This document shows positions 45,531 through 54,375 of a stretch of DNA of 64,000 nt, piece after piece; position 1 is the stretch's first letter, and each line of letters opens with the position of its first letter. Source of the DNA: a virus; the IMG/VR virus record IMGVR_UViG_3300014059_000004; one strand, given 5' to 3'. Below the pieces are notes generated by a model. The model was not told where the DNA came from, ran no database searches, and worked only from the letters and a program-made list of their open reading frames with translations. The position numbers and the translations under genes were made by a program.

Positions 45531-45758
45531 TCAGATGAAAAACACGTTGTCGACGTACGTAACAACCAGCTCACCAGTTTCGCGCATCACCATGATGCGA
45601 TTGCGATGAAACTGGGTAGGCTCGATAATGAAGACACCGACGCACAGCAACACTTCATCGTCAACCAAGCACTGACCCAGGTAATAACCAGATATCGGAT
45701 TGCAGGTTGATATGAACTTGCTCTTCGAGCAGACAAGATCTCCAGGTTCGATATTCAT
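45531..45758 (-). CDS. array paralog
   Basis: MNIEPGDLV. Confidence 0.55.
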   Translation of the reverse strand: MNIEPGDLVCSKSKFISTCNPISGYYLGQCLVDDEVLLCVGVFIIEPTQFHRNRIMVMRETGELVVTYVDNVFFI

Positions 45759-46015
45759 TCAACCCACTGCAGCTCTTTAACGGAGCCGGCGTACGTAGAG
45801 ATAACACGACCGTCTGGTAGCAAGATCCACACGTACTGCAAACCGTCAACTTTGAAGCTGTTTACGTATACAGCAACGCAGAAGTTTACGGCGAAATCAT
45901 CTGCAATCTTTGATTGCCTCACTTTGAGGAAGTGATCTGCCTCGTGCGGATTCATTGAAATTCTCTTGAACGTGGGAACGACCAGAACACCAGCTTTCAT
46001 AGTGGACTCCTCCAA
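45755..46015 (-). CDS. array paralog
   Basis: MKAGVLVV. Confidence 0.5.
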   Translation of the reverse strand: MEESTMKAGVLVVPTFKRISMNPHEADHFLKVRQSKIADDFAVNFCVAVYVNSFKVDGLQYVWILLPDGRVISTYAGSVKELQWVE

Positions 46016-46185
46016 AGCGGTTGTACGTCGCTTTCGTAGAACTTTTTGATGTTCCCGTTCGACCCCATAAGAATTGCGACCTTTGCCACTTCGTACATCA
46101 CACCGGCCAAGTAAACATAGATCTCACGGTCCCATGCAAAAGAAACGGTGACAAGATCACCTGTGACAAAATTATGTTTCATCAA
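45997..46185 (-). CDS. array paralog
   Basis: NFVTGDLV. Confidence 0.55.
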   Translation of the reverse strand: MMKHNFVTGDLVTVSFAWDREIYVYLAGVMYEVAKVAILMGSNGNIKKFYESDVQPLWRSPL

Positions 46186-46402
46186 TCTTCAGATCGCTCC
46201 TTGCTACCGTTGCTACTTGCCCATGCGATGTCAGAACCAAGTACGCCCTGATGTTGCCAACGAACATCTGCGCAAGGTAGATGAAGACCACATGCCCACG
46301 CTCTGGATCCCATGCCCGGACTGAATTCCATTTGCCGTGACGATCTAGCTCAATGTACGTTGTGTACACTGCGCTCAGCAAGTCACCAGCACGAATCGTC
46401 AT
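46172..46402 (-). CDS. array paralog
   Basis: MTIRAGDLL. Confidence 0.55.
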   Translation of the reverse strand: MTIRAGDLLSAVYTTYIELDRHGKWNSVRAWDPERGHVVFIYLAQMFVGNIRAYLVLTSHGQVATVARSDLKIDET

Positions 46403-46572
46403 TGTATCTCCAGAAGCTCATCAACCCAACGCCAGCGAACATCGCCGGTCGGGCGGATGATAAGAGCAACGTGCTCGGTGTCAGACGCAGTGCAGATGAA
46501 CACGTTGATGCCCGGAACTTCATCATGGATCCAATAGACCAGATCGCCTGACTTAAACTGTTCACGCTTCAT
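46399..46572 (-). CDS. array paralog (57 aa, manual)
   Basis: MKREQFKSGDLV...RPTGDVRWRWVDELLEIQ. Confidence 0.45.
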   Translation of the reverse strand: MKREQFKSGDLVYWIHDEVPGINVFICTASDTEHVALIIRPTGDVRWRWVDELLEIQ

Positions 46573-46732
46573 GCAGCAGTTCCAGCTCGTTCAACCAATA
46601 CTCTACAGCACAACCTTCTACATTTATAACCAGAGCAAAGTGGTAAAAGTTCCCAGCTGGGACATACGAACTCACGTATATAAGCGGTTCGTTGCGATTA
46701 AATGCCCAACACACCAGATCACCAGCTTTCAT
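46562..46732 (-). CDS. array paralog (56 aa, manual)
   Basis: MKAGDLVCWAFN...YWLNELELL. Confidence 0.45.
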   Translation of the reverse strand: MKAGDLVCWAFNRNEPLIYVSSYVPAGNFYHFALVINVEGCAVEYWLNELELLHEA

Positions 46733-46772
46733 GCTAGCACAAAATCTCCGTCAGTGATGAGCAGATCTCCAG

Positions 46773-46955
46773 TCACCATGCTCTCTTCATGTCATCGTAA
46801 TCAAACCGTGAAACAGTGCCATCAGGACACATGAACCAACCGTGAGTCCAATTGTTAGAGCTGCACAGGAAGATGAACATGCTCTTGTGATTCCACTTGG
46901 AAATTTTCGGTATGAAGTACGGACAGTATGCCGCATCGCCAGAATAAAATTTCAT
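46773..46955 (-). CDS. array paralog
   Basis: MKFYSGDAA. Confidence 0.5.
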   Translation of the reverse strand: MKFYSGDAAYCPYFIPKISKWNHKSMFIFLCSSNNWTHGWFMCPDGTVSRFDYDDMKRAW

Positions 46956-47167
46956 GTTACGAGCCTCAATTCCGCAGTGTGAGCCGCTGCAAACGTTCCA
47001 TCGGGAAGAAGGACGATGGTGAGGTAATCAAGCGGCCCTGGGCAAGTCCCGCAGCAGATGAAGGGACCAATACCTTCGAAGTGACGAACGTCACCGTTAT
47101 TTGGATCAGCTGCATTCCACACGACAATGTCTTTGAAGCGAGAGGTTAGAAGGTCACCAGTTCTCAT
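46952..47167 (-). CDS. array paralog
   Basis: MRTGDLL. Confidence 0.55.
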   Translation of the reverse strand: MRTGDLLTSRFKDIVVWNAADPNNGDVRHFEGIGPFICCGTCPGPLDYLTIVLLPDGTFAAAHTAELRLVT

Positions 47168-47370
47168 TTGATCACCTTAAGCTCTGAAGCTCTCGTGTAC
47201 ATGATCTTGCCGTTTGGAAGAAGGATGATTGTGAGTTGACCGCCGATGTCACCAAGGCAGATGAACGGTCCACGGCCAGTGAGCATGCGGCCGCCCTGAC
47301 ACAGCTTATCATCCATCTCAAAGACGAACGTGTCCTTCCACGCGCCACAGACAAGATCACCGGTCTTCAT
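47164..47370 (-). CDS. array paralog
   Basis: MKTGDLVC. Confidence 0.55.
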   Translation of the reverse strand: MKTGDLVCGAWKDTFVFEMDDKLCQGGRMLTGRGPFICLGDIGGQLTIILLPNGKIMYTRASELKVIK

Positions 47371-47576
47371 CGTGACACCGCTTCGAATTCATCTGTTATG
47401 ATGTGAACGACACGGCCATCAGGTGACAATGCCAGCCCACGTGCGGGTGACAGCAGCAAGAAGTAACCGAACGAGCGCCTGTACCACTGGCTACCGTGGG
47501 TTGACATGATCGTGGTCGTGAAAGTATCTCCCATCGGTAGAAGAAGATCACCGTGGATAAATGGAAAGCGGCTCAT
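47367..47576 (-). CDS. array paralog
   Basis: FIHGDLLL. Confidence 0.5.
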   Translation of the reverse strand: MSRFPFIHGDLLLPMGDTFTTTIMSTHGSQWYRRSFGYFLLLSPARGLALSPDGRVVHIITDEFEAVSR

Positions 47577-47788
47577 CGGGAGATAACCTTCACAAAATCA
47601 TCAATCTTGATTATCACGATCCGTTCTCCAAGAAGCCCATACACGTACTCTTGATCTCGTACCGAGTAACCAATCACGAGGAGAGGGTCAACTATCTCCG
47701 TACCCCACGTGCCCCTACGAACATCGTAAACAGGGGCGTACTTCCCTTCGTAATTCCCGGCCAGAAGATCACCGATCACTGGAGACAA
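47573..47788 (-). CDS. array paralog
   Basis: MSPVIGDLL. Confidence 0.55.
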   Translation of the reverse strand: MSPVIGDLLAGNYEGKYAPVYDVRRGTWGTEIVDPLLVIGYSVRDQEYVYGLLGERIVIIKIDDFVKVISR

Positions 47789-48020
47789 CCTTCAAATCAG
47801 AAGCTAGAACACGGGAAACGCGGCCAGAAGGAAACATCACCCAGCACAGCGAGACACCCCGGACGTTGCAGACACCAAGGTAGATGAGCGGAAAATCACC
47901 AGCTACATCGACCAGGCGACCCGAGAACTTGCCAGGCTGCACTTCAGCATACTCAACCACGTAGGTGGCGATGAAGCCTTCTTTGCGCCGGATTCTAAGA
48001 ACGTCTCCAAGCGTCATCAT
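47769..48020 (-). CDS. array paralog
   Basis: MMTLGDVL. Confidence 0.5.
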   Translation of the reverse strand: MMTLGDVLRIRRKEGFIATYVVEYAEVQPGKFSGRLVDVAGDFPLIYLGVCNVRGVSLCWVMFPSGRVSRVLASDLKVVSSDR

Positions 48021-48220
48021 AGGGGTGACACCTCTCCAGAAGAAACCACGAGGATCTTATCACCAGCAAGGACGTACACGTAATGTTCAGCCCAAATTTC
48101 ATGGTAACCCAAGAAGACCATGGGACCCAAGCGCTCCACGAGCCACTTCTCATGCGATGGGCCAGCATACTGGAACGTTGGATACTTCGACCTAAGAAGG
48201 TCACCGCAGTTAAAAGCCAT
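48017..48220 (-). CDS. array paralog (trimmed)
   Basis: MAFNCGDLL. Confidence 0.5.
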   Translation of the reverse strand: MAFNCGDLLRSKYPTFQYAGPSHEKWLVERLGPMVFLGYHEIWAEHYVYVLAGDKILVVSSGEVSPL

Positions 48221-48447
48221 CAGAGTGGTCGCCATCGGTGGGGGTAAGTGATCAAAATGCGGGACCGGTGAAGAACAATGGTGCAATCGACATCATCGAT
48301 CTTTAGGGTGCCAACGGCGACCCCGGCCGCAGCATCGTCTTCACCAGTGGGGTAAAACATGCGGCAGCGAAATGGTGCGGTGCTGACAACTGTCGGGAAG
48401 ACATCGTCGAAAGAATCCAACCGAACCAAATCACCGGGGGAGAACAT
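48220..48447 (-). CDS. array paralog
   Basis: MFSPGDLV. Confidence 0.55.
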   Translation of the reverse strand: MFSPGDLVRLDSFDDVFPTVVSTAPFRCRMFYPTGEDDAAAGVAVGTLKIDDVDCTIVLHRSRILITYPHRWRPL

Positions 48448-48450
48448 GCC

Positions 48451-48588
48451 TCACCTCGTTCTTCCAAAGGTAGATGAAGCACCCGTGATTGTGAGCTGAT
48501 CGTACATGCGGGAGACAAGGATGAAGATGTACCCCGCTGGGTAATCCAACACGGGGCGGGAGAGAACCAGCAAGTCTCCAGCTCTCAT
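48451..48588 (-). CDS. array paralog (45 aa, manual, possibly truncated)
   Basis: MRAGDLLVLSRP. Confidence 0.35.
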   Translation of the reverse strand: MRAGDLLVLSRPVLDYPAGYIFILVSRMYDQLTITGASSTFGRTR

Positions 48589-48592
48589 CTGA

Positions 48593-48898
48593 TCACCACG
48601 AAGTCACTATCATAGATGGCAACGAGCTCTCCGCAATAGAGAACGTAGCTGTAGTTCGGATTCCATGGATGCCGTGAGACGTAGGTGACCATGAAGTTGC
48701 GAGGCATATGCACACGTCCGGTTCGCCACGCAGGTTACAGATGAACGTGTACAGATGATTTTCACAGCGTCCATCCCCAGCACCCCACTTCGCGAAGTAG
48801 CTATTTTCATCGAATCCTGCGAGCTTTGAGAAACGCAACCCTTTTGCGCTCTGCGTTGTCATCAGAAGATCACCTGGAGACCACGTGTAAGTGATCAA
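48593..48898 (-). CDS. array paralog
   Basis: TWSPGDLL. Confidence 0.5.
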   Translation of the reverse strand: MITYTWSPGDLLMTTQSAKGLRFSKLAGFDENSYFAKWGAGDGRCENHLYTFICNLRGEPDVCICLATSWSPTSHGIHGIRTTATFSIAESSLPSMIVTSW

Positions 48899-49131
48899 AC
48901 TTTCACCATGTTGATGACTCTCGTCATTATGACTTCGTTCGCCGAGCTCAAGTACGTGCCGATGCTTCCGAAGTCGCCGTTGACGTTGACTGGGCCGACG
49001 TACATGTACATCGCGTTCGAACGAAGCAACTTATCGCCGAACAGGATGTCTTTTCCATCGCGGGTCATGACTATGACGCTGCCGTACGTGCAACCGCTTT
49101 CAGATTCTAGCTTGAACAACTCACCAATCAT
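48895..49131 (-). CDS. array paralog (trimmed)
   Basis: MIGELF; ATGA coupling. Confidence 0.45.
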   Translation of the reverse strand: MIGELFKLESESGCTYGSVIVMTRDGKDILFGDKLLRSNAMYMYVGPVNVNGDFGSIGTYLSSANEVIMTRVINMVKV

Positions 49132-49391
49132 AGGCTCACCAACGTTCCGTACTTGCAGTAGATAATCTTCCCATCGGGTGTCAAGTAAGCAGCACGCACG
49201 GTGCAGTTGGTCGCCCGTGCTTCTCCAACGTATACGTATGGGCCCTGGGTGACAAGCTGCTCGCCCAAAAGACACCATACGTACTCAACTTGAGTCCTCA
49301 ACGAGTCTGTTACTTTGGTGTAACGGTGAAGCGCCCAAGTCCAGTGACCCAAGATGCTAGGATCAGCAATGAACAGATCGCCTGTTTTCAT
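49128..49391 (-). CDS. array paralog (trimmed)
   Basis: MKTGDLF. Confidence 0.5.
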   Translation of the reverse strand: MKTGDLFIADPSILGHWTWALHRYTKVTDSLRTQVEYVWCLLGEQLVTQGPYVYVGEARATNCTVRAAYLTPDGKIIYCKYGTLVSL

Positions 49392-49603
49392 AGGTGTTCG
49401 AACGCGTGAGACGCTGCATACCTGATCTGACCATCGCGGCGCAAGTACATCGCAAGATTTTGACCCCACTTCGTTATGAAGATGAAGACTTCGCCCGTAT
49501 TAACAAAATCTGAAGTGAAGAAATGACCGTTGATGTCGACGTACGACATCGTCTTTGACCACTTGCACTTCACCAAGTCACCAGTCTTGAACTCTGTGTT
49601 CAT
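49388..49603 (-). CDS. array paralog
   Basis: EFKTGDLV. Confidence 0.55.
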   Translation of the reverse strand: MNTEFKTGDLVKCKWSKTMSYVDINGHFFTSDFVNTGEVFIFITKWGQNLAMYLRRDGQIRYAASHAFEHL

Positions 49604-49830
49604 AGTGGTTCGAAGTTTCCTTTGAGTGATATTACAATGGAACTGGTAACGTTGACAAAGTAGTAGCTATAGCTCTTGTCATAGTCACCCAAGTACATTA
49701 GAAGTGTGGCTCTATCAACCATTTGTCCCATCGTACCAAGACCATGACTTGTTTTCACGAACGTGATAGCAAAGTCAAATGGCAACGATCGTCTCAAGCA
49801 AACGAGCTGTCCGACAGTCTGCGCCTTCAT
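49600..49830 (-). CDS. array paralog
   Basis: MKAQTVGQLV. Confidence 0.5.
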   Translation of the reverse strand: MKAQTVGQLVCLRRSLPFDFAITFVKTSHGLGTMGQMVDRATLLMYLGDYDKSYSYYFVNVTSSIVISLKGNFEPL

Positions 49831-49873
49831 GGTTCAATCTTTACGAAGGCATATTCGCGACACGCACGAACCT

Positions 49874-50062
49874 TCAAATCAACGGTTGACAGAAAGTAAG
49901 AAAGACGCCCATTTTAACGTGTGGAACTTTGCTCAAGTATACGTGCAGTTGAAACGCAGACGCAATTGTACCGTTCCAGACCCAAAAGCCCCTATCGTCG
50001 TATTGATACACGTAGACCCCATGCGAACCCTTGGCTACCACAAGATCGCCGCTCTTCATCAC
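49874..50062 (-). CDS. array paralog
   Basis: MMKSGDLVV. Confidence 0.55.
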   Translation of the reverse strand: MMKSGDLVVAKGSHGVYVYQYDDRGFWVWNGTIASAFQLHVYLSKVPHVKMGVFLTFCQPLI

Positions 50063-50277
50063 CGCACCGGTGTTACGTCAAAGATATCGCAAACAATTAT
50101 TTTCCCCGTCGAGCAGTGCAAGAAGTACGTCAACGTGTCGCTGTTCACAACACCCACGTAGATCAGAAGATCTCTTACTGGAATTCGTTCTCCATCGTTA
50201 AACCAGCCCTCATCTTCAACCCAAATTTGAGCGCGAACATGCTCACTGCGTGCTCTAGCAAGATCGCCCGCGCGCAT
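50059..50277 (-). CDS. array paralog
   Basis: MRAGDLA. Confidence 0.5.
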   Translation of the reverse strand: MRAGDLARARSEHVRAQIWVEDEGWFNDGERIPVRDLLIYVGVVNSDTLTYFLHCSTGKIIVCDIFDVTPVR

Positions 50278-50513
50278 AATATCACCTGCATCCCGTCAAC
50301 TTCGACAAAGACTATTTGGCACCGCGGGATGCAGAAGAAGCTACCGATCACTGAATCGTCTGCTTTTCCCAAGTACATGCACTGTTCATCGGAATACAAC
50401 ATGTATGACTTCAACCCTTTCGATGCGTCGTGCATCCACCACTTGCCCCCTTCTGCATAGAACGTTCTGGGTCCATAGCGTGATCGTGTTCTCACCAAAT
50501 CACCGGTGCACAT
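50175..50513 (-). CDS. array paralog (trimmed; 3' third overlaps neighbour in another frame)
   Basis: MCTGDLV. Confidence 0.4.
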   Translation of the reverse strand: MCTGDLVRTRSRYGPRTFYAEGGKWWMHDASKGLKSYMLYSDEQCMYLGKADDSVIGSFFCIPRCQIVFVEVDGMQVILCARAILLEHAVSMFALKFGLKMRAGLTMENEFQ

Positions 50514-50520
50514 GCCTTGA

Positions 50521-50649
50521 TCAGACGACATGAAACTCATGAACAAGACCGCGGCCGCTGTGAAAACGTGACGCCTTTTGCGCTGGATCATCACCAATGA
50601 AGTACAAAAAGTTGCTGTACGTTGACGTTAGCAGATCGCCGACTTTCAT
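50521..50649 (-). CDS. array paralog, short (42 aa, manual)
   Basis: MKVGDLLTSTYSNFLYFIGDD. Confidence 0.35.
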   Translation of the reverse strand: MKVGDLLTSTYSNFLYFIGDDPAQKASRFHSGRGLVHEFHVV

Positions 50650-50867
50650 AGTGTTTCAAGCTCGTGCATCGCAGCCCAGCCAACCTCACCCCATGGGAAC
50701 ATGAATATAAAACCTGGCGTTCCACCAACGTCTGTAAACGTACCCAAGTACAATAGGAAGAAGTATCGACCGCTCAACATCCGTGCGCCGGTCAAAATAC
50801 CATCGTTGAATCGACAGTACATGATGTCGTCGTACTTCGACCTAAGCAGATCACCAGGGCTAAACAT
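50646..50867 (-). CDS. array paralog (trimmed)
   Basis: MFSPGDLL. Confidence 0.5.
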   Translation of the reverse strand: MFSPGDLLRSKYDDIMYCRFNDGILTGARMLSGRYFFLLYLGTFTDVGGTPGFIFMFPWGEVGWAAMHELETL

Positions 50868-51082
50868 GCTCTCAAGCTCTCCATCGGAATCCGGACAACA
50901 GAACCATCCGGCTTCATGATCCACCCGCAGGGGACAACAGTTCCCTTCGAGGTGCCCACGAGCTCGCGGGACAACCAGATGCAAGGTCCAGATGGCCACT
51001 TCCCAGAAGCTCTAGGGCGGTTGTAGACATCTACTTCAACCCAGTACATCCCCACAATGCGGCACAAGTCACCGGTCAGCAT
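50792..51082 (-). CDS. array paralog (trimmed; tail overlaps next member)
   Basis: MLTGDLC. Confidence 0.45.
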   Translation of the reverse strand: MLTGDLCRIVGMYWVEVDVYNRPRASGKWPSGPCIWLSRELVGTSKGTVVPCGWIMKPDGSVVRIPMESLRACLALVICLGRSTTTSCTVDSTMVF

Positions 51083-51450
51083 CTCTCTCCCCTTATGGTA
51101 AACTACAGCACCGCAGAAGTGCACTGCTGGGGGAAGTGCTTCTGACTTGACCCCTTCATCCCCGAATGGCTCTTTGGAGGGCTTCCGCCGCCCGAGTCAC
51201 AGATGCCCTCAGGTGGCAATTCCTCACGGGAGTACTGCTGTGCAGTTTCCTTGGGAACCCCGGCGAAATTATCGTCTATGAGGATGTGGGTCATCGCGGT
51301 GCAGCTCTGTGAGGTTGTCGGTTGTCACGTAGCAGAGAAGACAGATGGGAAGACACTTTCCTCACAGCGACGCACGAGGGGGACTTTTCTCGTGGGAATT
51401 CCTCACAGCGATCACGATTTCAGGGTAGCTGGGAATGGCACTAACGGGTT

Positions 51451-51473
51451 CATCGCGGTGATCAATTTCTCAC
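51451..51473. repeat. left copy of 23-bp perfect inverted repeat (CATCGCGGTGATCAATTTCTCAC)
   Basis: Exact reverse complement found at 51744..51766. Confidence 0.7.
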
Positions 51474-51715
51474 CCAATTTTTTCAGAGTGCTCGAAGAGG
51501 TAGAGGATGTGACTCTCTGTATCTGGACCACTGAGTACCCATACCTCTGGTTGACCGATCTTGCTGGAGACCAAGAATGTCCACGGTGATGTCGATAGGA
51601 GGATGTAGATGCTCGGAGCGCTTGTGTCGTACCAGACGTCTCCCGGCTCGAGCTGGACCGCCGCTCGATGGATACCATTTTCATCACCGCGCATCGCAGC
51701 GCTACTTGCCTTCAT
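51470..51715 (-). CDS. possible divergent array member lying between the 23-bp inverted repeats
   Basis: VQLEPGDVWYD; weak. Confidence 0.3.
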   Translation of the reverse strand: MKASSAAMRGDENGIHRAAVQLEPGDVWYDTSAPSIYILLSTSPWTFLVSSKIGQPEVWVLSGPDTESHILYLFEHSEKIG

Positions 51716-51743
51716 CTTGGTTCTTATGGGTTGTGTGTCTCAC

Positions 51744-51766
51744 GTGAGAAATTGATCACCGCGATG
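51744..51766. repeat. right copy of 23-bp perfect inverted repeat
   Basis: GTGAGAAATTGATCACCGCGATG = reverse complement of 51451..51473; adjacent 10-bp palindrome CTCACGTGAG. Confidence 0.7.
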
Positions 51767-51896
51767 AATTTGGCTCTCGCAAAAGTCTCCGGGCAGCTCT
51801 TGACCGCCGCTCGAGGTCCATTCTTGAGCCTCATATTTCACTTGGAGTACTTCACCATGTAAGTCAACCGTGCCTCAGTCGTCACGCGGAACTCCT

Positions 51897-52100
51897 TCAG
51901 CCCCCATCGTGGTAGAAGATGATCGTGATGTTCTTGGGTACCGTGCCAGGGGTGATCGACCACGAGGCTTCCGGCTCGCTCTTGTAGATGAGAAGATCTG
52001 GGAGCGCGGTCTTGAAGACGATGATGTCTCCCGGCACCATGCGTGCCACAGGTACTTGTGGCAGAAGATCGATGAACGGCCAGCTGCCCCGCCCCTTCAT
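51897..52100 (-). CDS. array paralog (trimmed)
   Basis: VARMVPGDIIV. Confidence 0.45.
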   Translation of the reverse strand: MKGRGSWPFIDLLPQVPVARMVPGDIIVFKTALPDLLIYKSEPEASWSITPGTVPKNITIIFYHDGG

Positions 52101-52330
52101 GGGTTCACCCTGAGAATGTCGGGTGTGAGCGGCGTGCGCTCGTAGGCCCTCGTCGAGCGCCACAAATTCAGCGTGCTCAATTCAAGAGACCAGAAGTAGA
52201 CAAATTCACCAGTTACGTGGACTGAGACTACCAAGTCGTAGCGCGGGCGGTTGTCGCTGACAGGGTCACCTTCCCAAACGAAGACATCTCCAGGTCTTAC
52301 TTCTCCGTGCTTCAAGTTCTTCAGGATCAT
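52097..52330 (-). CDS. array paralog
   Basis: EVRPGDVFV. Confidence 0.5.
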   Translation of the reverse strand: MILKNLKHGEVRPGDVFVWEGDPVSDNRPRYDLVVSVHVTGEFVYFWSLELSTLNLWRSTRAYERTPLTPDILRVNP

Positions 52331-52578
52331 GATACCTTGACAACAACATCTTTGAATGTTGAACCTCGCATCGCGGACCAGAAGTGACCATTGTGAGCTC
52401 GCCAGAGGTGCACCTCAACGACGCCCCATTCATTGATGACGTTTGCTATGACCAGCTCCAAGTAAGGCCCAACATCTTCGTGCATCTCTGAATCGCAAGA
52501 CGTCCAGATGACCAGGTCACCCGGTTGAAGAGCGTCGATCTCCGCTTCTGTGAGGTACTTCGGATTCATCAGCTTCAT
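52327..52578 (-). CDS. array paralog
   Basis: ALQPGDLVI. Confidence 0.5.
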   Translation of the reverse strand: MKLMNPKYLTEAEIDALQPGDLVIWTSCDSEMHEDVGPYLELVIANVINEWGVVEVHLWRAHNGHFWSAMRGSTFKDVVVKVS

Positions 52579-52905
52579 TCAGTTAACTCGAACGTACTCA
52601 TTGATGTCACCTTTATTCCACTCCCTAGACACGTGCTTCCCGGAGAGCCTACCGTACGTAGAAGAATAGATGATAAACGTCACAGTGCCACGTTGAGAAC
52701 CAGAACCGTCCCAGGGGCGTGCAAAGTTGCAGATCACAAGACCCATCGTATGATACTGCACCACCCCGGGTGCAGCGGTCGAGACCGGCCCAGAGAAGAA
52801 AAGAAGATCGCCCGGGACCAGGTCTTTTGCAACGTCGCGCCAATTCATCAGCCCGGCCTTTTTCAGCCGAGCTCGATCAGTTTCGTTGATAATGGTGGCA
52901 AACAT
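52579..52905 (-). CDS. array paralog
   Basis: DLVPGDLLF. Confidence 0.5.
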   Translation of the reverse strand: MFATIINETDRARLKKAGLMNWRDVAKDLVPGDLLFFSGPVSTAAPGVVQYHTMGLVICNFARPWDGSGSQRGTVTFIIYSSTYGRLSGKHVSREWNKGDINEYVRVN

Positions 52906-52915
52906 GTGCTCAACC

Positions 52916-53857
52916 TCAAAAAGGTACTCCCAGTAACAAATTTAACAGGAGCGAGAAATCTGAATCATTCCTGTCAGCGTTCAAGTTCACAGTGAACGGT
53001 GTCATCCCGTCGGGGGATATGCTGATCATTGACATTGTGACGATATCGTGACCCGCGCCGTGCATCTCATTCCGGACGGTTGCAACGACGAGCAAGTACT
53101 CGTTGAGCATCGAGCCCGGGACAGAAAAGAGCAAGTCGCCAGGCTCCAGCGTTCCGAACGTCCACCTTTTGCGGGCCACTGGTAACTTCACCTTCCGCGG
53201 TCGACCACGCTTCCGCTTAGCAGAGACCTCTGCGCGCTTCTCCTTGGCAGCACGCTCTGCAGCGATGACATCTTTCGGGCGGTTCTTGGAACCAGGCGGG
53301 CGACCGCGCTTCCCCTTGCGGACAGGCTTGGGCTCACCCTCCGGCGGCAGCGGTCGAACTCGCGGTCGGCCACGCTTCTTCTTGCCGATGGTCTCCTTGG
53401 CGATGGCCAGGCAGTACACGTCACCCTTCTTCGGGCCGGTGATGTAGTTGCCCAGGGCATGCTGCTTCAGGTCTTCGTTCCAGAGACCCACCACACCAGT
53501 CTCGTCATCGATGCTCTCCACCGTGTACGTCAGGGTATCGAGCCACGGACGCGCTGCCAGGACAGAAGCATAGCGCTCGATGACGATCTTGTCACCGATG
53601 TTAAAGAGCGGGAGGGGAGCACCGTCCACCACCACAAGCGCAGGCTTCAGGTGAGAGATGTCTGGCTTCCGGGCATTGCGGTCCGCCCACGCAGCGTCCG
53701 GATCGCGGCCAGCAAGACCCCAGTCTTCATCAGCGTCCGCAGGGAGAGCCGGCGGGGGAAGAGCAGATGCCGAAGCAACGAGTGCATTGACCTGGTCGGT
53801 GAGAGGGTTCGTCTCGTCCATAGGTTTATTGTACCACGTTTCTTCGAGGGTTTGCAC
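52916..53857 (-). CDS. two-domain array-family protein with three AT-hook motifs in the linker
   Basis: LFNIGDKIVI... and TLEPGDLLF... domains; KRGRPRV, GKRGRPPGSKNRPK, RKRGRPRKV (GRP cores). Confidence 0.55.
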   Translation of the reverse strand: MQTLEETWYNKPMDETNPLTDQVNALVASASALPPPALPADADEDWGLAGRDPDAAWADRNARKPDISHLKPALVVVDGAPLPLFNIGDKIVIERYASVLAARPWLDTLTYTVESIDDETGVVGLWNEDLKQHALGNYITGPKKGDVYCLAIAKETIGKKKRGRPRVRPLPPEGEPKPVRKGKRGRPPGSKNRPKDVIAAERAAKEKRAEVSAKRKRGRPRKVKLPVARKRWTFGTLEPGDLLFSVPGSMLNEYLLVVATVRNEMHGAGHDIVTMSMISISPDGMTPFTVNLNADRNDSDFSLLLNLLLGVPF

Positions 53858-53929
53858 AGAATATTCGAATTAAATTGAGAGTGGTTTTCCACCCTCGAAT
53901 TGTGTGAATTCTCTGTGAGGCTCACGGGC

Positions 53930-54154
53930 CTAAAAGGCGGTCAATGAATCGTACGTGTCATCATGGGTCGGGTAGCTCTTCCAGACCTTAAAAGTTTCCA
54001 AGCTCATGAACCCAATGTCGAGCAATTCACCATCGTCGTGCTTCATCGTCTTCCAGATCACCATGACCATCGCCTTGCGACCGCCGCCGGGTCTCCAGCC
54101 TTCCTTGTCCCACAGGAGCAATGTCCCCGGTTGAAGATCTTTTACGTACACCAT
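53930..54154 (-). CDS. array paralog (QPGTLL variant)
   Basis: MVYVKDLQPGTLLLW. Confidence 0.5.
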   Translation of the reverse strand: MVYVKDLQPGTLLLWDKEGWRPGGGRKAMVMVIWKTMKHDDGELLDIGFMSLETFKVWKSYPTHDDTYDSLTAF

Positions 54155-54375
54155 AATAGCATCGTTGCGTAGCAGTACTGCTCGTCGACTTCACTGACAG
54201 TATCCCAGAATCTCTGCTCTTCCGCGCAGAAGAATCTGACCCTCCTCCAATAAACGTTGCTCTCGTGAGCCCAGATGCCGATCACCATGACTGTCACTGG
54301 CGTCGTCAACCTTGGAACGATTGTGCGATCCCAGCGCAATAGAGTTCCTGGTTGAATGTCTTGAACTTTGACCAT
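54142..54375 (-). CDS. array paralog (QPGTLL variant)
   Basis: MVKVQDIQPGTLLRW. Confidence 0.5.
   Translation of the reverse strand: MVKVQDIQPGTLLRWDRTIVPRLTTPVTVMVIGIWAHESNVYWRRVRFFCAEEQRFWDTVSEVDEQYCYATMLLWCT

Noticed and set aside
46383-46565. ORF-track minus ORF MNSLSQAIWSIG... and plus ORF 46571..46834
   Set aside because: Both are out of frame relative to two clear array members (46399-46572, 46562-46732) that carry the family motifs.
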